From assembly GCA_036676395.1 (NCBI GenBank), contig JAKFCY010000002.1, positions 1,632,001 through 1,696,000 of the forward strand: DNA of 64,000 nt. Reading direction: 5' to 3'. The notes beneath the pieces were generated by a model. It had not been told where the DNA came from, did no database searches, and was given only the letters and a program-made list of their open reading frames with translations. A program made the translations under genes and the position numbers. This document shows, one piece after another, positions 1-8,746 of this stretch. Position 1 is the first letter of the stretch, and every line of letters begins with the position of its first letter. The stretch is from Bdellovibrio sp. (GTDB lineage Bacteria; Bdellovibrionota; Bdellovibrionia; Bdellovibrionales; Bdellovibrionaceae).

Positions 1-870
1 TATAAATTAAATATCCAAGAAATTTTAGATTTAGCCAAAGTAACAAAACTTCACTTCGCGCTTAAAACTGTCAGCGATCAGATTCAAAAAATCTACGAAG
101 CCAGCTACTTTGAAAAAAATCACAAAAGCTGGATTCCGGTTCTAATGTACCATAAAATCCCGAAGCAAGAATTAGATTCACCTCACAAGATTTATGTTAC
201 GCAAAGCAATTTCGAAAAACATCTGCAGTTTTATAAAAACCAAGGTTTTCAAACGGTTACTTTTTCTGAACTTAAAGACTTTAAAAACGGCACCCGCAGT
301 TTTAGCGAATTTCCGAAAAAACCGTTAGTGTTAACTTTTGATGATGGCTATTGGGATAACTACAATAACGCCGACCCGTTACTTAAAAAATATAACTTTA
401 GAGCGCAGATTTTCTTATTAGCCAATAGTGATATTTCACACAATCAATGGGATGAAGCCAACGCTGAAAAAGGCGATAAGATTGTTGCTGGTAGCGATCG
501 CAAGTTATGGCTTAAATCAAATTTTGAAATCGGCTCACACGGCTTTAGCCACAAACGCATTACTGAAATGACTTCTGATGTAGCTTTTACAGAATTAGTT
601 GATTCAAAACGTTCGCTTGAAAAAGAATTCGACCGCGAAGTGTGCGTTTACGCTTATACTTACGGCGATACTAACGCAGCCTGTGCGTGTTTAGCTGAAG
701 CCGCTGGATATGACTTTGCGGTTAACACAGATACTGGTGGATTTAAAATGTTTGATGATCCTTTTCAGATCTTTAGAGTAAATATTTTTCCGGATGAGAC
801 GAAGTTTTCTTTATGGAAAAAAACTTCGTCTTGGTATCGTAAGAATTATTTCAGAAAACGCGGTAAATAA
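1..870 (+). CDS. Polysaccharide deacetylase (NodB/CE4) domain protein, 5'-partial; probably fused to an upstream glycosyltransferase-like region
   Basis: Frame is open from base 1 (YKLNIQEILD...SWIPVLMYHK). Motifs LMYHK, LTFDDG, GSHGFSH, YAYTYG. Confidence 0.8.
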   Translation, partial: YKLNIQEILDLAKVTKLHFALKTVSDQIQKIYEASYFEKNHKSWIPVLMYHKIPKQELDSPHKIYVTQSNFEKHLQFYKNQGFQTVTFSELKDFKNGTRSFSEFPKKPLVLTFDDGYWDNYNNADPLLKKYNFRAQIFLLANSDISHNQWDEANAEKGDKIVAGSDRKLWLKSNFEIGSHGFSHKRITEMTSDVAFTELVDSKRSLEKEFDREVCVYAYTYGDTNAACACLAEAAGYDFAVNTDTGGFKMFDDPFQIFRVNIFPDETKFSLWKKTSSWYRKNYFRKRGK

Positions 871-2811
871 TTAAAGCCCGAAAGCTTTAAGTGATTGAAC
901 CGCGATCACAGCTAACAAGTAGGCCACAGCGTTACTTCCTACTAATTGCAGACCAGTCCACAACCAGCTGCCGTTTTCTTTTCTTAATACGCCGACAGTC
1001 GTTAAGCACTGCATAGCGATCATAAAGAATATGAAAATACCGACAATAGAAGCCACAGTGAAAATCGGCGTGCCATCAGCAAATTTAGCTTCTGCCATTT
1101 TCTCTAATATTGGTGTCGTGTTTTCTTCGTCATCCACTTGCGCATTCATTGATAAGGCTAAGCTTGATACGAAAACTTCGCGGGCTGCGAAAGATGCCAA
1201 GTACGCAAATCCCACGCGGCCATCTAAGCCTAGGGGTTTAAATACAGGCTCGATAGCATTCGAAACTTGCATAGCATAAGTTAGTGGCGCTTGATCTTCA
1301 GGCGTACCTTCGGCAGCTTTTGGAAACGTTGTAGCAACCCACAAGATCACAGAAAGACCGATAATGATCGGACCTGCTTTTTTAACAAATGAAATTGATT
1401 TATCCCACGATTGACGAAGAATCGTCGAAAAACGAGGTCTACGATAAAAAGGTAAATCCATCATTAAGCGCGAAGTCTGTTGGCTTTCAATCATTTTAGA
1501 TAAAATAGCTGAAGCAACAGCGCCGACAACAATTGAACCAAAGTATAACGAGGCCATCACAAAGCCCGCAAGTACGGGGCTACCGTCTGCGAACAAAAAT
1601 GAAATTAGTAGCGCATAAACTGGTAAGCGCGCAGAACAAGACATAAATGGAATTGTAAATTGCGCAATCATACGCTCTTTACGTGAAGTGATGTTACGAG
1701 TAGCCATAATCGCAGGAATCGCGCAGGCAAAACCTGAAAGCATCGGAACAAATGAACGGCCACCAAGACCCACTTTTTTAAGGGGCCCGTCGATTAAGGC
1801 GGCTACACGCGAAAGATAACCTGTGTTTTCGAAAATACCGATTCCGATAAAAAGAATAAAAATCTGTGGAACGAAAATAACCACGCCATTGATCGCAGCT
1901 AATAAACCATCACCTATAAATTCACCGATAAGACCAGGAATGTGGGCTTTTGTATAATCAATTGAAGTGGCCATGGCTCCATCAATTAAATCCATTAATG
2001 GCGCAGCCCACCAGTAAACCGAAGCAAAGAAAAGTGTCATCAGCGCAAAGAAAAATACATAGCCTAGCACTGGGTGTAATAACCATTTATCTACATTCAG
2101 AGTGAATTCTAATTGTGATTGGCTTTGAACCGCCGCCTGAGCCGCTTGCACTTTTTCTTTCATAAAAGCATTCTCTTTTAAAAACTGAGAAATAACTTTT
2201 AGCTCTTCAACTTTTTGAGCTTCAGAGTATTTAACTTCATTGTATTGAGAAAGTTTTTGCGGTGTGTTTTTTAACAAAGCAACGATTTCAAATAAACCTT
2301 TACCTAAAACACCATCGAATAAAACAACATGTTCAACACCTAAAAACTTTTTGATTTCTAAGACGTTAATCTGTTGTTTTTCTTTAGCCACAAGGTCAGA
2401 CATCGTTAATACAACGATCACATGTGAATTCGGCTGGATTAAATGTTTAGCTAATAATAACTGACGGTTCATTTGTGTCGCATCGATAACAAGAATAACT
2501 GCGTTGTATTGCACGTGGTGAGAATGTTTTAAAATTCCTATGGTTACTTTTTCGTCATCAGATTGCGGATCAACCGAATAAATCCCCGGTGTATCAACGA
2601 TACTAACAGGCTTCATATCAGCTTTAGTCGCTAACTCATGCTGAAGTGAACCTAACGAGTACTCAACTGTAGCCCCTGGATAATTTACGGTTTTAAATTT
2701 CGAGCCAGTCAGCCAGTTGTAAAGTGTTGTTTTACCCGAGTTAGGTGATCCAACTAATAAAACATTTCTTTGATCTAGCGGAGTTAGTGAGTCATTTAGT
2801 GCATGAGACAT
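871..2811 (-). CDS. feoB: Ferrous iron transporter FeoB
   Basis: G1 GSPNSGKTT, NYPGATVE, DTPG; membrane domain with PFMSCSARLPVY and gate motifs. Confidence 0.96.
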   Translation of the reverse strand: MSHALNDSLTPLDQRNVLLVGSPNSGKTTLYNWLTGSKFKTVNYPGATVEYSLGSLQHELATKADMKPVSIVDTPGIYSVDPQSDDEKVTIGILKHSHHVQYNAVILVIDATQMNRQLLLAKHLIQPNSHVIVVLTMSDLVAKEKQQINVLEIKKFLGVEHVVLFDGVLGKGLFEIVALLKNTPQKLSQYNEVKYSEAQKVEELKVISQFLKENAFMKEKVQAAQAAVQSQSQLEFTLNVDKWLLHPVLGYVFFFALMTLFFASVYWWAAPLMDLIDGAMATSIDYTKAHIPGLIGEFIGDGLLAAINGVVIFVPQIFILFIGIGIFENTGYLSRVAALIDGPLKKVGLGGRSFVPMLSGFACAIPAIMATRNITSRKERMIAQFTIPFMSCSARLPVYALLISFLFADGSPVLAGFVMASLYFGSIVVGAVASAILSKMIESQQTSRLMMDLPFYRRPRFSTILRQSWDKSISFVKKAGPIIIGLSVILWVATTFPKAAEGTPEDQAPLTYAMQVSNAIEPVFKPLGLDGRVGFAYLASFAAREVFVSSLALSMNAQVDDEENTTPILEKMAEAKFADGTPIFTVASIVGIFIFFMIAMQCLTTVGVLRKENGSWLWTGLQLVGSNAVAYLLAVIAVQSLKAFGL

Positions 2812-3020
2812 TTGAACTCCTGTTCATTTAGCGCTAACAAAGTTTGGTGAAAACGAATCACTGTCACGTTAGAGAAATTTAATTTTTTGATAATTTCAAA
2901 TTCAACACCTGGGTATAACCCGAAATCAATTAGACGCTCGACCAACACTTGATTGGCTTCAGGAGTGTCCTCAACTTGATTAAACCCATTTAACTTTAAT
3001 ATTGTGCTTTTTTCACTCAT
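2796..3020 (-). CDS. feoA: FeoA family protein
   Basis: 74 aa, RLIDFGLYPG motif, overlaps feoB start by 16 bp. Confidence 0.85.
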   Translation of the reverse strand: MSEKSTILKLNGFNQVEDTPEANQVLVERLIDFGLYPGVEFEIIKKLNFSNVTVIRFHQTLLALNEQEFKCLMH

Positions 3021-3045
3021 ACGGTTTTGTAGCTTTCCTTGCTCT

Positions 3046-3066
3046 AAATGAAAATGTTTTGCATTT
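3046..3066. promoter_or_regulatory. Putative Fur box upstream of feoAB
   Basis: AAATGAAAATGTTTTGCATTT is an imperfect palindrome; core TGAAAAT-G-TTTTGCA resembles the 7-1-7 Fur consensus; about 25 bp upstream of feoA. Confidence 0.6.
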
Positions 3067-3155
3067 AAGACTCACTTAATGAAAACCAACTGACACATCT
3101 CACATAGAAATCTTGTAAAATAGCTCTGCCAAAGTCTAGAAAACCCCACCACTGG

Positions 3156-3183
3156 TCAAGTCCTATAACCCTAAGTCCGATCT
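3156..3183 (+). promoter_or_regulatory. Putative sigma28 (FliA)-type promoter
   Basis: TCAAG-N15-TCCGATCT, ending 7 nt before the ATG at 3191. Confidence 0.4.
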
Positions 3184-3190
3184 GGTTTAC

Positions 3191-4222
3191 ATGAACAACC
3201 GCCTACGATTTAAGACTTTCAGCTTGATGATCTTGGTGCTTACACAACTAGCAACGCCGACTGCGCTTGGCGAAGTATTTCGCTGGCCAAAACTGTGCGT
3301 TAACCAAACGGTCAGTATCGAAAATAAATCGAACAAAGAACAAACTGTGTGGTTACAAGAATGGGAAAAATACATCGTTGATGAAATCGATCATCAGGTT
3401 CCGGCAAAAGGAAAAATCTTTTTACAACTTTCACATGACCCGTCGACTTCTGCTCAAGATTATTCATTATTAGCCTTAGATAGTCCAAAAGACTTAATCA
3501 TCGAAACAAACTGCAACTTACGCGATATCGCATCGGGTGATTCATTAGAAGGTGGCGTCGTTTATTATAAAATAAATCCGCAGGCTACGAATGAAGTTCA
3601 GCTTAAAAATTTATTTCCGGGTCGTAATACTTTTTACATTGAAGATTTAAGTTTTACAAAAAAATCAGCTCCCCTTGAAATCGATGTTGAAGGCCGTGAA
3701 CTTTTTAAATTCACTTTAAAACCAGAACCCACTTCGACGTGGGTTAAAATCACTGCCCGCGAGCGTTTTCGTTCGAGTGTAAATACCTCTTCTGCCGTTT
3801 TAAAACCTGTCTATGTTGAAGCACAACGTTCCGTGGCCTCGACTGATGAGAAATATTTTTTAATGGGCTCTAGTGATAACACTGGTGATCAATTCGTGGT
3901 AAAAATCAAAGATCCTGCGATGGTGCAAAAAGCGCGCGATCAAATCACGAATCCAAAATTACAAAAAATTGTTTTTGCGAAAATCATTTTAGGGCATCAA
4001 GGCTATAATCGTAACCTGATTAAAAAAGAAAAAAGCTTTTGGTCATGGTCTGTGACTGAAGTCACAAATATTTCTGATATCGGAAGCACTGCGTGTAACG
4101 GTTTTCCGCAAATGTTAGAAGACCAAGCTGTAGCCTGGGTTCGTGGTTTAGGCAAAATTTGTTTTTGGTCATACCGAATCAAAAAAGAACTGACTTACGA
4201 CGAAGTTACAAATCCGAAATAA
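3191..4222 (+). CDS. Secreted protein with C-terminal BP74-like domain
   Basis: Signal peptide; C-terminal FVVKIKD...ARDQ...GYN...WSW...C.G.PQ..E...W...ICFWSY pattern recalled from BP74-related domains. Confidence 0.55.
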   Translation: MNNRLRFKTFSLMILVLTQLATPTALGEVFRWPKLCVNQTVSIENKSNKEQTVWLQEWEKYIVDEIDHQVPAKGKIFLQLSHDPSTSAQDYSLLALDSPKDLIIETNCNLRDIASGDSLEGGVVYYKINPQATNEVQLKNLFPGRNTFYIEDLSFTKKSAPLEIDVEGRELFKFTLKPEPTSTWVKITARERFRSSVNTSSAVLKPVYVEAQRSVASTDEKYFLMGSSDNTGDQFVVKIKDPAMVQKARDQITNPKLQKIVFAKIILGHQGYNRNLIKKEKSFWSWSVTEVTNISDIGSTACNGFPQMLEDQAVAWVRGLGKICFWSYRIKKELTYDEVTNPK

Positions 4223-4726
4223 CTATTCTATAGTTGTTGCCGCTGATTGACCGCGCGTCTCTTCAACTTCTACGGTTAATTTAGCGATGCCGTATTTTTT
4301 AAATTCTTTAAAAAACTCTTCAGCTAATACAGAAGACAATTGTTCAACACTCGTATTTGAAATATCTAACCAAATCACTTCTTCTTTGGGTAATGAATAA
4401 AAACGATCGCGAAAAGTGATTTCATAGTTTTTACTATCAGAAGACATTTTTGATTTCACATCAGGATGATTTTTAGGTAACAAAACGTGTTCATCCCAAA
4501 TATCTAATCTGGCTTTAATGAACTTTTTAAGAACATTGAAATCCACCATGTAGCCCATTTTGCCCTGTTCGTCTGCAGCATTACCCACATCAGGAGCCAA
4601 AATAGAAACCACCACTTGGTAATTATGGCCATGAAGCATTTCTGCAGATTTCTGGTCAAAAATTAAAAAGTGCGCCGAAGAGAACTTAAAATTTTGCTTA
4701 GATAGGCGTAATGAAGTGGTTTTCAT
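4223..4726 (-). CDS. 6-pyruvoyl-tetrahydropterin synthase family protein, PTPS-III type
   Basis: FSSAHF, EMLHGHNY (ExxHGH), VDF..LK, NTSVEQL, EET motifs. Confidence 0.8.
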   Translation of the reverse strand: MKTTSLRLSKQNFKFSSAHFLIFDQKSAEMLHGHNYQVVVSILAPDVGNAADEQGKMGYMVDFNVLKKFIKARLDIWDEHVLLPKNHPDVKSKMSSDSKNYEITFRDRFYSLPKEEVIWLDISNTSVEQLSSVLAEEFFKEFKKYGIAKLTVEVEETRGQSAATTIE

Positions 4727-4764
4727 GCTGACAGTATAATCTTTTTGGGGGTATATAACAACCC

Positions 4765-5133
4765 ATGAGTCAGATCTTTGAACTTAAGACCCACTACCAA
4801 ATCGAATCAGCTAGGTTTTTACCTCACCTACCTGAAGGTCATCCGTGCAAACGCATGCATGGCCATAGTTTTAAAATCATTCTGACATTACGTGGCCCTT
4901 TACAGCCACACGTCGGCTGGGTGCAGGATTACCACGAAATCGATCACATCATGAAGCCTCTATTGGCTGCTATCGATCACCGTCTATTAAACGAAGTGAC
5001 AGGTTTAGAAAATCCAACATCTGAACTTTTAGCTAAATGGATATTCGATCATGCTGTCGTAAAATTACCATTACTTAAGTCGGTGACTATCATGGAAACA
5101 CCTACTACAGAGTGCACTTATCCCGTAATTTAA
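4765..5133 (+). CDS. queD: 6-carboxy-5,6,7,8-tetrahydropterin synthase QueD (PTPS-I)
   Basis: CKRMHGHSF (CxxxHGH), DHRLLN, NPTSE, MET motifs. Confidence 0.88.
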   Translation: MSQIFELKTHYQIESARFLPHLPEGHPCKRMHGHSFKIILTLRGPLQPHVGWVQDYHEIDHIMKPLLAAIDHRLLNEVTGLENPTSELLAKWIFDHAVVKLPLLKSVTIMETPTTECTYPVI

Positions 5134-5960
5134 TTTGCGAAATCTGAATTTACTTTAACGGCTTTATTGTGAAATTGTTCAAGCTGTGAATCTTGTAAAC
5201 CCAGCACACCTTTTTGATAAAGCATAACAATGGTTGAACCCATTCTAAACATGCCAAGTTCATCGCCTTTTTGCACTTCTAAGTTTTTATACTCTTTAAT
5301 TAAAGGTTTAAAAACCTTGAACTGATTGCCGCGAATTTCAGGATCAAAACTAAGAGCGATATCACCAACATTTGTTGCCGCAACAAACACCACGCCAACT
5401 AGGCCGCGATCGGTTTTAATTTCTACATACACACGTTCGTTGATCGAAAACAATTCGTGAATATTTGAAGTCGACCAGTTATTCACCGGCCATAAAGCCC
5501 CTGGAATATGAATTACACGCACAATTATACCATCCACAGGTGAATGCACGCGGTGGTAATCTGTCGGGCAAAGATAGTATGTTAAAAATTGGCCATCGCT
5601 ATAAATATCTAAAGCTTTATCAAAACCTGCAAAATCTTTTACGTTATAAGTCTTACCCTTAGCTTGAATGAGTTTACCGTCTGCCATAAGAGCAGCCTGA
5701 GTAATCACTGAATCTGCAGGGTGCACAGCCCAAGTTCTACCCAGTGGGCGGCTGCCTGATTTTAGTTTTCTGATAAAAAATTCACCCAAAGATGGGTACT
5801 GATCGACTGGTTTTTCAGCCTCTTCAAGGTTGATATGATAAGCTTTTGCAAAAATTCTAATGATCGGAGTCCAAATAAAGCGTGGAAACTGCAAATGAAC
5901 CAATTTACCCACGATATAGCTTAAATGATTTTTCGGTAAGAACTGTGTGATTGCTGCCAT
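5130..5960 (-). CDS. psd: Phosphatidylserine decarboxylase proenzyme
   Basis: FFIRKLK, YLCPTDYHRVHSP, NER, ATNVG, F-x-MGST autocleavage motif. Confidence 0.92.
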   Translation of the reverse strand: MAAITQFLPKNHLSYIVGKLVHLQFPRFIWTPIIRIFAKAYHINLEEAEKPVDQYPSLGEFFIRKLKSGSRPLGRTWAVHPADSVITQAALMADGKLIQAKGKTYNVKDFAGFDKALDIYSDGQFLTYYLCPTDYHRVHSPVDGIIVRVIHIPGALWPVNNWSTSNIHELFSINERVYVEIKTDRGLVGVVFVAATNVGDIALSFDPEIRGNQFKVFKPLIKEYKNLEVQKGDELGMFRMGSTIVMLYQKGVLGLQDSQLEQFHNKAVKVNSDFAN

Positions 5961-5988
5961 GGGCTGATTCTGCTACATTACCCTTTCA

Positions 5989-7542
5989 ATGTCGAAGATT
6001 TTTAAAGATATTAAACTCAAAATTGATGATGATTTAGAAGCACATCTTGAATGGCTCATGCCTAAGCATGGCGAATTTCGCATCTTACGCAAATCTGTCG
6101 ACGCGCGCCAAAAACACTCTCCCCACTTTGTTTACACCATTGAAGTCGCTGAAGAGGGCGAAACGTTATCTTTAGAAAAATTTGAATTAGAAAAAATCAA
6201 TTCTGAGAAAAAATTCGACCGCCCGATCGTTGTCGGCACCGGCCCGGCTGGGTTATTTGCTGCCATTCGTTTAGTTGAACGCGGAATTCCGTGTTTGTTA
6301 TTTGAACGTGGGTCTGAATCTGCAGAGCGCATCAAAGGGATTAATAAGTACTGGCGCTACGGCCAATTAGACCCAAAAAATAATGTTTGTTACGGTGAAG
6401 GTGGCGCAGGTTTATATTCTGACGGAAAACTAATTACGCGCATTAAGTCTCCGCATATTCCTTATGTGTTAAACCGTCTGGTGCAATTCGGCGCCCCTGC
6501 TGAAATTCAGTGGTTATCAAATCCGCACGTAGGTTCTGATAAAATTCGCCGTGTGATTCCGAAAGTTCGTGATTTTTTACGCGCGAATGGCTGCGAAATT
6601 CATTTTGATTCTAAAGTTGAAAAATTAATTTACGGCGAAAAATCAATTCAAGGTGTTGTCATTGATGATGGTTCTGGAAAATTAACAGAGTACAAATCAG
6701 ATAATGTGATTTTAGCCACCGGCCATTCGGCTGAAGACATGCTTTATCACCTATTAGAATCAGGTGTGCATATCGAAGGTAAATCTTTTGCGATGGGTTT
6801 ACGTATTGAACATCCGCAAAAATTAATTAATGAAATTCAATTTCGTCAATTTTCAGAACACCCAAAATTGGGATCTGCGAATTACAAGTTAGTTCATCAC
6901 GATGACAAAACCGGAATCGGTGTTTACAGCTTTTGTATGTGTCCAGGCGGATACGTTTTATCAAGCGGTACGGAAAAAGACGGCGTAGTTTGTAACGGCA
7001 TGAGTAATTTTAATCGCAACTCTGAATTTGCCAATGCGGCAATCGTGGTCAGCATTCAGCATGAAACATTATTTGGTAATGATTTACTTGGTGGCATGAA
7101 AATGCGTCGCCAGCTAGAGACCCAAGCTTTTCAAGCAATTCAAGACAAAAAAGGCACTAAAGAATTACCGGCACAAAATTTAGTATCGTTTTTAAATAGA
7201 TCAAATAAAAATGAATTACGTAAAACATCTTCACCATCTGGAGTATTACCGATTCGTTTAGACGAACTACTTCCAAAATTTATGTATCAAAAAATCGCTG
7301 AAGGTTTAAATAACTTTAATAGCAATATGCGTGGATTTATCTCTGAACATTCACAGCTTTATGGCGTTGAATCACGCACCTCTTGCCCACTGCGCGTAAC
7401 CCGCAATGATGACTCATTAGAAAGTCTTTCGCACAAAGGTTTATACCCTTGCGGCGAAGGTGCTGGCTACGCTGGTGGAATCACTTCAGCCGCAGTCGAT
7501 GGCATTCGCTGCGCTGATAAAATCTTTGAAAAACTTAAGTAA
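5989..7542 (+). CDS. FAD-dependent oxidoreductase (COG2509-like)
   Basis: GTGPAG Rossmann motif, GEGGAGLYSDGKL, SFCMCPGG, GEGAGYAGGITSAAVDG. Confidence 0.88.
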   Translation: MSKIFKDIKLKIDDDLEAHLEWLMPKHGEFRILRKSVDARQKHSPHFVYTIEVAEEGETLSLEKFELEKINSEKKFDRPIVVGTGPAGLFAAIRLVERGIPCLLFERGSESAERIKGINKYWRYGQLDPKNNVCYGEGGAGLYSDGKLITRIKSPHIPYVLNRLVQFGAPAEIQWLSNPHVGSDKIRRVIPKVRDFLRANGCEIHFDSKVEKLIYGEKSIQGVVIDDGSGKLTEYKSDNVILATGHSAEDMLYHLLESGVHIEGKSFAMGLRIEHPQKLINEIQFRQFSEHPKLGSANYKLVHHDDKTGIGVYSFCMCPGGYVLSSGTEKDGVVCNGMSNFNRNSEFANAAIVVSIQHETLFGNDLLGGMKMRRQLETQAFQAIQDKKGTKELPAQNLVSFLNRSNKNELRKTSSPSGVLPIRLDELLPKFMYQKIAEGLNNFNSNMRGFISEHSQLYGVESRTSCPLRVTRNDDSLESLSHKGLYPCGEGAGYAGGITSAAVDGIRCADKIFEKLK

Positions 7543-7585
7543 TTTAGGCTCGCTTAAACGAAGCTATGCTTCGATCAGTGAAAAA

Positions 7586-7903
7586 TTACTGGTAACAAGA
7601 CACATAAGCTTCAGCCTGCACAGTGCATGTGTTATTTACCGTTTCAGTTCTAACGTTCCATTTCGAACGCAAAAAATAACCTGATCGGCAGAGGCTTTGA
7701 GCGTAGTTAGATGCTGCATGGATTGCGGCCTTTTCGCCTACTTGCGGATCTTCTGGTGTGCATTCTGCCGAATCAAAAGCGCGATGAATACCGCAACCAT
7801 CCACGCAGCCATTATGCGGATTACACGAATCCACTGGGCATAAGATAGCTGAAAATGCTGAAGCAGAAATTAATAACGTTGATACAAATAAAGTAAGTTT
7901 CAT
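7586..7903 (-). CDS. Small secreted cysteine-rich protein
   Basis: AAGGAG SD; signal peptide ending ASAFS/A; 8 Cys in the mature region. Confidence 0.7.
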   Translation of the reverse strand: MKLTLFVSTLLISASAFSAILCPVDSCNPHNGCVDGCGIHRAFDSAECTPEDPQVGEKAAIHAASNYAQSLCRSGYFLRSKWNVRTETVNNTCTVQAEAYVSCYQ

Positions 7904-7937
7904 AAGAGTTCTCCTTGATGGAGTTACTAAAACGCAG

Positions 7938-7984
7938 TTGACCCAATTTGTATAAAACTATATATAAAAGGTCAATAATTGACC
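7938..7984. promoter_or_regulatory. Candidate operator between divergent genes
   Basis: GGTCAA-TAA-TTGACC palindrome at 7970-7984 plus an extra TTGACC half-site at 7938-7943. Confidence 0.5.
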
Positions 7985-8005
7985 CGAAAAGTAGGAAATT
8001 AGGCT

Positions 8006-8746
8006 ATGGATTACGAATGTAAGAAAATTCAGAAAACATTAAAGACCATCATGAAGTCTAAAAAAGCCACTTACGAGAGCCTGGCTAAAGCGTTGAAAAC
8101 TTCTCCGGCTACAATCAAGCGCAGGCTAAACGGTGATGATTTAACTTTAAAACAAGTCAAAGACTTAGCAAGCACGCTTTCAGTTTCTTTTTATGAAATT
8201 ATTGAATTATCAAAAATTGCAAAACGTGAACCGCATCTATTTACTGTCGAGCAAGAAAAGCTTCTATCTTCAGATTTTAAAATCAAAATGTTATTTCGCC
8301 AAATTTTATCAGGTACAAGTTTTTCTGATATTAAAACCATTTTAAAGATTTCAGAAAAAGAATTACGCTCTTACGCGCGTGATTTAGAAAAAGTAGGTTT
8401 AGCGCAATTACTGCCCGGCGATCGTTTTCTATTGCTCGTGCACTACCCATTTCGCTGGCAACCCAACGGAGCTCTTCATAAAACTTACGGTGATATGGTT
8501 TTAAAAAATATTTTTAACCGCATCGAAACTGATAAGGGCGAATCTGGCTTACATAAAAAGTTTGAACTGATTCTAAACGATGAAGCCTATAGTAAATTCT
8601 GCGAAGAAATTCAAAGCGTCTATGGCAAGTATTTAAGCCTATCTGAAATCCATATGGAAACGCGGCCTGATTTAAGCCGCGTTGTCTCGGGAATATTTTT
8701 TATTGATCGTTTTTCGGTCTGGGAAGACTCGAAAAACCGCCTATAG
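8006..8746 (+). CDS. XRE/Cro-C1 HTH transcriptional regulator
   Basis: TYESLAKALKTSPATIKRRL HTH; second HTH-like segment LEKVGLAQLLPG. Confidence 0.8.
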   Translation: MDYECKKIQKTLKTIMKSKKATYESLAKALKTSPATIKRRLNGDDLTLKQVKDLASTLSVSFYEIIELSKIAKREPHLFTVEQEKLLSSDFKIKMLFRQILSGTSFSDIKTILKISEKELRSYARDLEKVGLAQLLPGDRFLLLVHYPFRWQPNGALHKTYGDMVLKNIFNRIETDKGESGLHKKFELILNDEAYSKFCEEIQSVYGKYLSLSEIHMETRPDLSRVVSGIFFIDRFSVWEDSKNRL

